Shown here one piece after another: positions 58,156 through 64,000 of a stretch of DNA of 64,000 nt. The stretch is taken from assembly GCA_964252035.1 (NCBI GenBank), contig OZ176216.1; one strand, given 5' to 3'. The position numbers were made by a program, and so were the translations under genes. Every line of letters begins with the position of its first letter. Within the stretch, counting starts at the first letter, position 1. The stretch comes from Podarcis erhardii (lineage: Eukaryota). The notes under the pieces were generated by a model, which was given only the letters and a program-made list of their open reading frames with translations, was not told where the DNA came from and searched no databases.

Positions 58156-58163
58156 CGTAATAA
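58156..58163 (-). CDS. PITPNA: PITPNA exon 5, 8-nt microexon (TTATTACG)
   Basis: CAG|TTATTACG|GTAAGT. Required to bridge exon 4 (phase 1) and exon 6 (phase 0), giving ...CRT-VIT-NEY. Confidence 0.92.
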
Positions 58164-60757
58164 CTGCTCCAGAAATCGGCACATGGAAAGAGAAAGACAG
58201 CTTTCATGAGAGAGAGAAAAGTTTGGAGATGCAGCAGGAACTCTGCCACACTCCCCCCCCCCATCCTCATGCATGTAGCCCAGTGGTGCCTGGGCGGGGG
58301 GGGGGGGGAAATGGATTGCCAGAAGGAAGCGCTCCTGCTGCCCCAAACCCTCCTCACAGCCCTGGATATGCTCCTGGGTCATTCTGCTCCTGCCTGCCTC
58401 TGAATCAACAGCACTACCTGGGGCTCCTGCTCCAGCCTCCACTTTTCAGAGGGGGCACCAGCTCTATTGCTGTTTACATCACATCTCAGAGCAGGAGGGG
58501 CCTTGTGGGTTCACCTAGGAAGCTCCCATATAACAAGGTGGACCACAGCCCTTCATGGTCTGCACTGACAGTGGCCCCGGCTTGTGGAGGCCCTCCTCAA
58601 CTCAACCCTTACAATAAACAAACATGCATCACAAAGCCATCCCCAGCTCCCTCCTCCTCCTTTCCTCTGCTGGTTGGCTGCGGCTGATGGACATTGGGAG
58701 TCCAGCAACATCTGGAGGGCCACAGCCCCCCCCCCCCCCCGCTGCAGGATGGGGAGGAAGAAGTGTTCTCAACAGGCAGAGGGATGTGGGAGACTTTGCT
58801 GCCCTGGGAACTGGCTCAATCCATCCCCGAGTTTCTGTGCCTAGAAAACAGGCGTAGTTGTTGAGGCTGGAAGAGGCTTCCTCTGGAGGGAGACAGCGCA
58901 CCACCCTGGGGAAAATGTCCCAGCTGCCTGGTGAACCAGGCTTGAGGCTCTGCTGCCATTTGCTTCCAGTTGGATGAGAAGCCTGCTAGGCCTTCTCTAC
59001 TTTGTGCATAAGGACATTCTCCTTCTCTCCTCGCTCCGATCCTGCACAAGGGAAAATAGCCGCCTCCCAGGCCAGCTCTTGACATTCCACCGTGTGGTAA
59101 CCAAAACCAGCACACCAAGTCCAGCGCCGGCTGCTAGTAATCAGATGCTTCTGATAGCAGAGCTCCATTATTCATGAGCCAGGCCACGGTGGATCTGGTG
59201 ACAGGCCAGGCATCTGCACCAGCCACCGCCACTCTTTCCATTCCGAAGAGGAGGAGCGGAAGCTCACAGGGCAAATGCCAGGGTTTCAACACCCCGCGTC
59301 AGACAACTACTCAAAGCGCGGAGACTTCTGAGGAATTAACGCCACCTTTTCAGGATCGGCCAGGTTGCTTGGCCCTACAAGTTTTCACAAGGGAACACCT
59401 GGGAATGAACCGTGACAAGAAGCCGCCATGGCAGTTCCCTTGGCGCACAGTCCCAGAGGATGCTGGGTGTGTCGTTCCCAACTTAAAGCAAGGGAGAGCG
59501 AGCGGAGGTTCACAGGGCAGGGCTCCTGAATCAGAGCACCGCAGCCCAACTCTCAAGGATGGGCCTCGCACAGTTTGCTAGTTTCTTCCAGGAAATGAAG
59601 AACTGCAGTGTCCCAAGATCCTCACTAAGTCATCCCTAGCCCTGCGCAGCTGCCACAAAGTGTGACCTGCCCTGGATGCAGCACGGCTGCAAGTCCAGGT
59701 GGAGGTGCAGCTCCCCCTCCCAACTAGGCTGTCTCCACAGACTCTGGTCCAGGGCAGGAGCAGCAATGGATATTTCCCCCAGAGAGGCCGGAGCAATGCA
59801 AGGACCCACGGCCAGAAGAGGCCACGGCCTGGGCCCCCACCCAGTGTGCCTTCTCTGCCCTTGGAAAACGCGGGCAAAGGCAGCAAGGCCCCCTGTGACC
59901 TGCGTGAGCAGCAGCTGCAGCTACTGCACCAACCAAGCCTTGTGGCTACACCGTTCTCCCACCCAAAACGCTAACATGGCAGGCCTGGAAAACAGAAGTG
60001 CTGAGCTATGTGCTGGCCTGCCAGAGGCAGAGCTTGGCAGCTGCTGGAGAGGAATAAGGGTTGCTGTTTTCCCTACATGAGAAGCTCATTAGTCCATGGT
60101 TTGGGGGAAGCACCTGAGGCCAAGGGACCCTGCGAAGCTTTCAGGGGCAAGAACATTTGCAGCCTCACCCATGCCCAGAGGAAAGCCAGTCGGGCAGCCG
60201 TGAAATTCTGGGCAGGAAAGGGGCACCAATTAATGCCAGGACACACTGGCCATGCCCTGGCAGGAATCCTAATGTCTCAGGCAAAGTGCTAATGTGATAA
60301 GCCAGAGACAAACTGTGATCCTTGCCAGGACAGCTGGCCTAAGCTCTTCCCCCAGGGCTGCCAAGGCAGATGTTCCTCCTGGCCACTGCACCAGGGAGCC
60401 AGCAGCTGCCCTAGGGTCCAGCCTTGCCCTCACCTGCCAAGGCACGAAGAGGACCCTCCGCAAGCTCCTCCAAACTGGCTCACTCAGCCCTGCCTGATCA
60501 ACCGGGCAGGATCAGCCCAGGTATCCATCAGACAAGCCTTGTTGTGGTTTACACAAGGAAGCAGAATGGTTGCTTCTCTCCAGCACCAAAGCCCTGGAAC
60601 TCCAGTTGGCCTCACAAGACAGCTGCCCATCCCAGGGAGGGAAAGTGATCTCAGTTGCAGCTTAGGAACGTCTGTGCAAAAGGTCCCCAAAGCCTGGCCC
60701 TGCCTGCACTTTTCCAAATAGGTGAGGGGGGTGCCCACCCCACCGAGTGCAAGGCTA

Positions 60758-61051
<294 letters not shown>

Positions 61052-61906
61052 TCACACAAAGCTGAGAAGAGCCACCGGCCCTGCAGAAAAAGGCAACTGA
61101 CTTGAAACCACCCCCAAGCCAGCAGTGCTCAGGCCCAGGACCTCAGACTGACCCCCCACCTCCATTACTCACCTGCTGCTCTCCACGGTTGCAGGTAAAG
61201 CCAAAGGGCTGACTGCACAGCAAGCTGCTTTGTAAAGGGGTCAGGAGGGAGCTCCTCTCTATGGACTCCCCACGTCCTCCCCCCACCCAGCTGTGATTCC
61301 TCCTCTCTGTCTCCCCAGTCTGCTCATCACCAGGCCAGAAAGGCTTGATGAGGAACCTCAGCTCACAAGTGCCTGGCTGTGGCCATCTCCAACGGGCCTG
61401 CAGGCTTCCTGAGGGTCACTCGAACAGGTCACAGCAGCTGGGATCAAAGCAATACCCCCACCCAAAAAGGAGCTGTAGCAAGGAGTGCCACAAGAACAGC
61501 TGCCCAGAAGCTGAAGCAGGAAGGGGACCCATTGCTTTTCTTGTGCACAAGCAGCAACAAGCCCAACATGCAGAAAAGCAGAACTACTAGGGCTGAACAA
61601 ACACCCAGAAGAGCTTCCTTAATGCAAGGGGGAGGGATGAATCTGTGTGTCACTTGAGGGGCCAAGATCCAACCCCCCCACACCCAACAAGCACTTCCTC
61701 CAGCCACCCCTTAAGCTCACTTGGAAGGCTGCTCAGAACTCTGGCCAGAGGGCTCCTTCCTCTGACAGGGTCTGCCTTCCCAAGACAGAGCCTGGGGTCA
61801 ACTACCCTCCTCTCCCCAAAGGCAAAGAGACTGCAAAGCAGTGGAGTTCACCCCTTCCCCAGGAAGACCAAGCAAGGCCTCCGCTGACCAACACCCACCC
61901 TGCCTA

Positions 61907-62107
<201 letters not shown>

Positions 62108-62304
62108 TCAGCAAGCAGGTAGGCAGGGACCCAAGAAGCAGCCCTGGACTGGGGCAGACCACTGGTCCAGCCAGCTCAGCATCACCTACCCCACTGGGTC
62201 TCAACTGGTGGGTCAGGAATGATGCAAGGTGGCCTGCAACAGGAGCAGGAGCACCATGCAAAGATACGGCAAATGATCGGAGGCGCTGGAGAGATCCTGC
62301 ATAG

Positions 62305-62365
62305 GGCAGTGGGCCCCCAGATGCTGCTGGACTACAACTCCCATCATCCCTGACCACTAGCTGTG
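62305..62365. mobile_element. URR1-like hAT MITE half
   Basis: ggcccccagatgctgctggactacaactcccatcatccctgaccact. Confidence 0.65.
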
Positions 62366-62444
62366 CTATAAGCATAGACCCATCCCTGCAGGCAACCCAA
62401 AACTGGACAGAGGAAGGTCTGAGCAGCCCTGCATTGGAAGGCTT

Positions 62445-62571
62445 TTAACGCTTGATGTTTTATGTTTTTAGATATGCTGTAAACCGCCCAGAGTGGCCAG
62501 GGAAATCCAGCCAGATGGGTGGGGTATAAATAATAACATTATTATTAATTAGTATTATTATTATTATTATT
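62445..62571 (+). mobile_element. L2 3' tail (second subfamily) with (ATT)n
   Basis: tgtaaaccgcccagagtggc...cagccagatgggtggggtataaataa plus (ATT)n. Confidence 0.75.
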
Positions 62572-64000
62572 GAGCCTGTGTCAGGCAGCTTCCTATGTTC
62601 CTGACTGCTTTACACTGTGCAGACCCTTAGCCGCTTTTTCACCTGGCAATGCTGCCAGGGACTGAACCTGGGTCAGGTGCTGTTTTTCTGCCTATGTGCC
62701 GCATTTGCTGCCAGGACTTTGCAGAGCCTGTGAGGGAGCCCTGGGTCATTCCACCGGCTGGAAGCAGGGCCTGCTCTGCAGAGTCCTTGGAACAGGGATT
62801 GACCCAGCCCTCCAAAGTGCCCAGCACCCCCCATTTCACCCTAGAAAGGATTAGGCCGCTAAGAGGAAGCAGCACTAGGTGCTTAGGGGAATTTGAGCCT
62901 GGCTCTACCCAGTCCTAGTCCAACACTAAACCTCCACGCTGTGCAAGCGTTTTAGGCCATCTGCCCCATAATTGTGAGCACAGTTGTGAAGCCCCTCCAG
63001 TGCAGGGCTGGCATTCACATACACACAGAGAGAGAGCAGAGGGAGCAAATACTGGGGCAGAGCAAGTGGCTTTGTCCCAGGGGGTGGGTGGGGTCTCCCA
63101 GACGGGGTCCCCTGGGGACAGAGAGCAGCGTGTCCCCAGCGCTGACGCACTCTCCGGTCACTCTCCCTCTCCTGCATCCTCTCGCTCCACAAGTTAGAGT
63201 TCAGGCACTAAGAGGATCAGGCTGCTGGACTGCCATCTTCACCCCTTAATCTTCCCTGTTATTTCTGATCCCCTAATCCCATTGGAACAAGGAAGCAGGC
63301 CCAGATAAATTGCTGTGTTAAATAAGAGCAGGCCCCGGGGGAATCCGCCAGAGAAAGTGTCCAAGAGGGCAAGAGGCCCCGTGCCCAGGAAGGAGGGTGG
63401 TGGGGTGGCTGGAAGGAGCCGCTCAGCTCAGGTGCTCAGTCCAGCAGGAACAGCTCAGCACTCTGGGAGGCCTGGCGGTCAGTGGCCCTGTGCTCTGCTG
63501 GGGCCAAAACTTCAGACTCAGTGCCATGCTCAGGGAGACATGATCCTGTAGTGAAAGCACCCCTCTTCCTTTCCACCCCTCAGCCAGGCTCCTTGGGGGC
63601 CATTCATCCTCCTGGAAGCAGCTTTGCATTCAGCTGGGAAAGGCAGATCCTCTAGCTCACAAGCAGGAGGGGGGATGGTTTGGGGGGGCACACAGAGAGT
63701 GGGTACAAATGATGGCACCATGTTAGAAGTAACAGCTGAGAACACACCCACACATCCTGCCAAAAAACACCAAGCAACTGATATTTGGGGGAGGGGGGAG
63801 GGGTTAGATCCAATCCTAAATCGCCTCTGGATATTAAAGATGGCCCATCTTGTTTATATTCTACAAAGGTCCCCCTCCCCCATTGAGGCCCTTGCAGATG
63901 CCCCTACAGAATACAGAGAAGAGACACCTACAAGCCCCACACGGAACTTTGGCCATTGGACTGTAGGACTGTGATGCATTGGATTTTTAATCTGCCTAAG

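Overview
Eukaryotic vertebrate DNA from a squamate. The repeat content (Sauria/POM-type SINE, BovB, CR1, L2, Tc1/mariner and hAT MITEs) most resembles a lacertid lizard; this is inference. Three multi-exon genes lie in tandem on the minus strand in the same order as human 17p13.3: PITPNA, INPP5K, MYO1C. PITPNA has exons 3-12 in the window (about 50.8-62.1 kb) and exons 1-2 off the right edge. INPP5K is complete (37.4-48.3 kb, about 460 aa). MYO1C has its 5' half here: alternative first exons plus motor-domain exons 2-12, continuing off the left edge. Exon boundaries were read by hand from splice signals and reading phase, and compared with the human proteins from memory. Most ORFs in the supplied track are spurious products of GC-rich sequence. 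No prokaryotic-type system, CRISPR array, rRNA or true tRNA gene was found. The most interesting signals are: (1) a second INPP5K first exon adding a 92-aa N-terminus; (2) diverged but phase-correct orthologues of the MYO1C isoform A and isoform B (nuclear myosin I) leader exons, with a possible further extension; (3) a ~98% identical inverted CR1 pair bracketing the last three INPP5K exons; (4) an 8-nt microexon and a GC-AG intron in PITPNA; (5) an unexplained TATA/CRE CpG-rich segment upstream of INPP5K.
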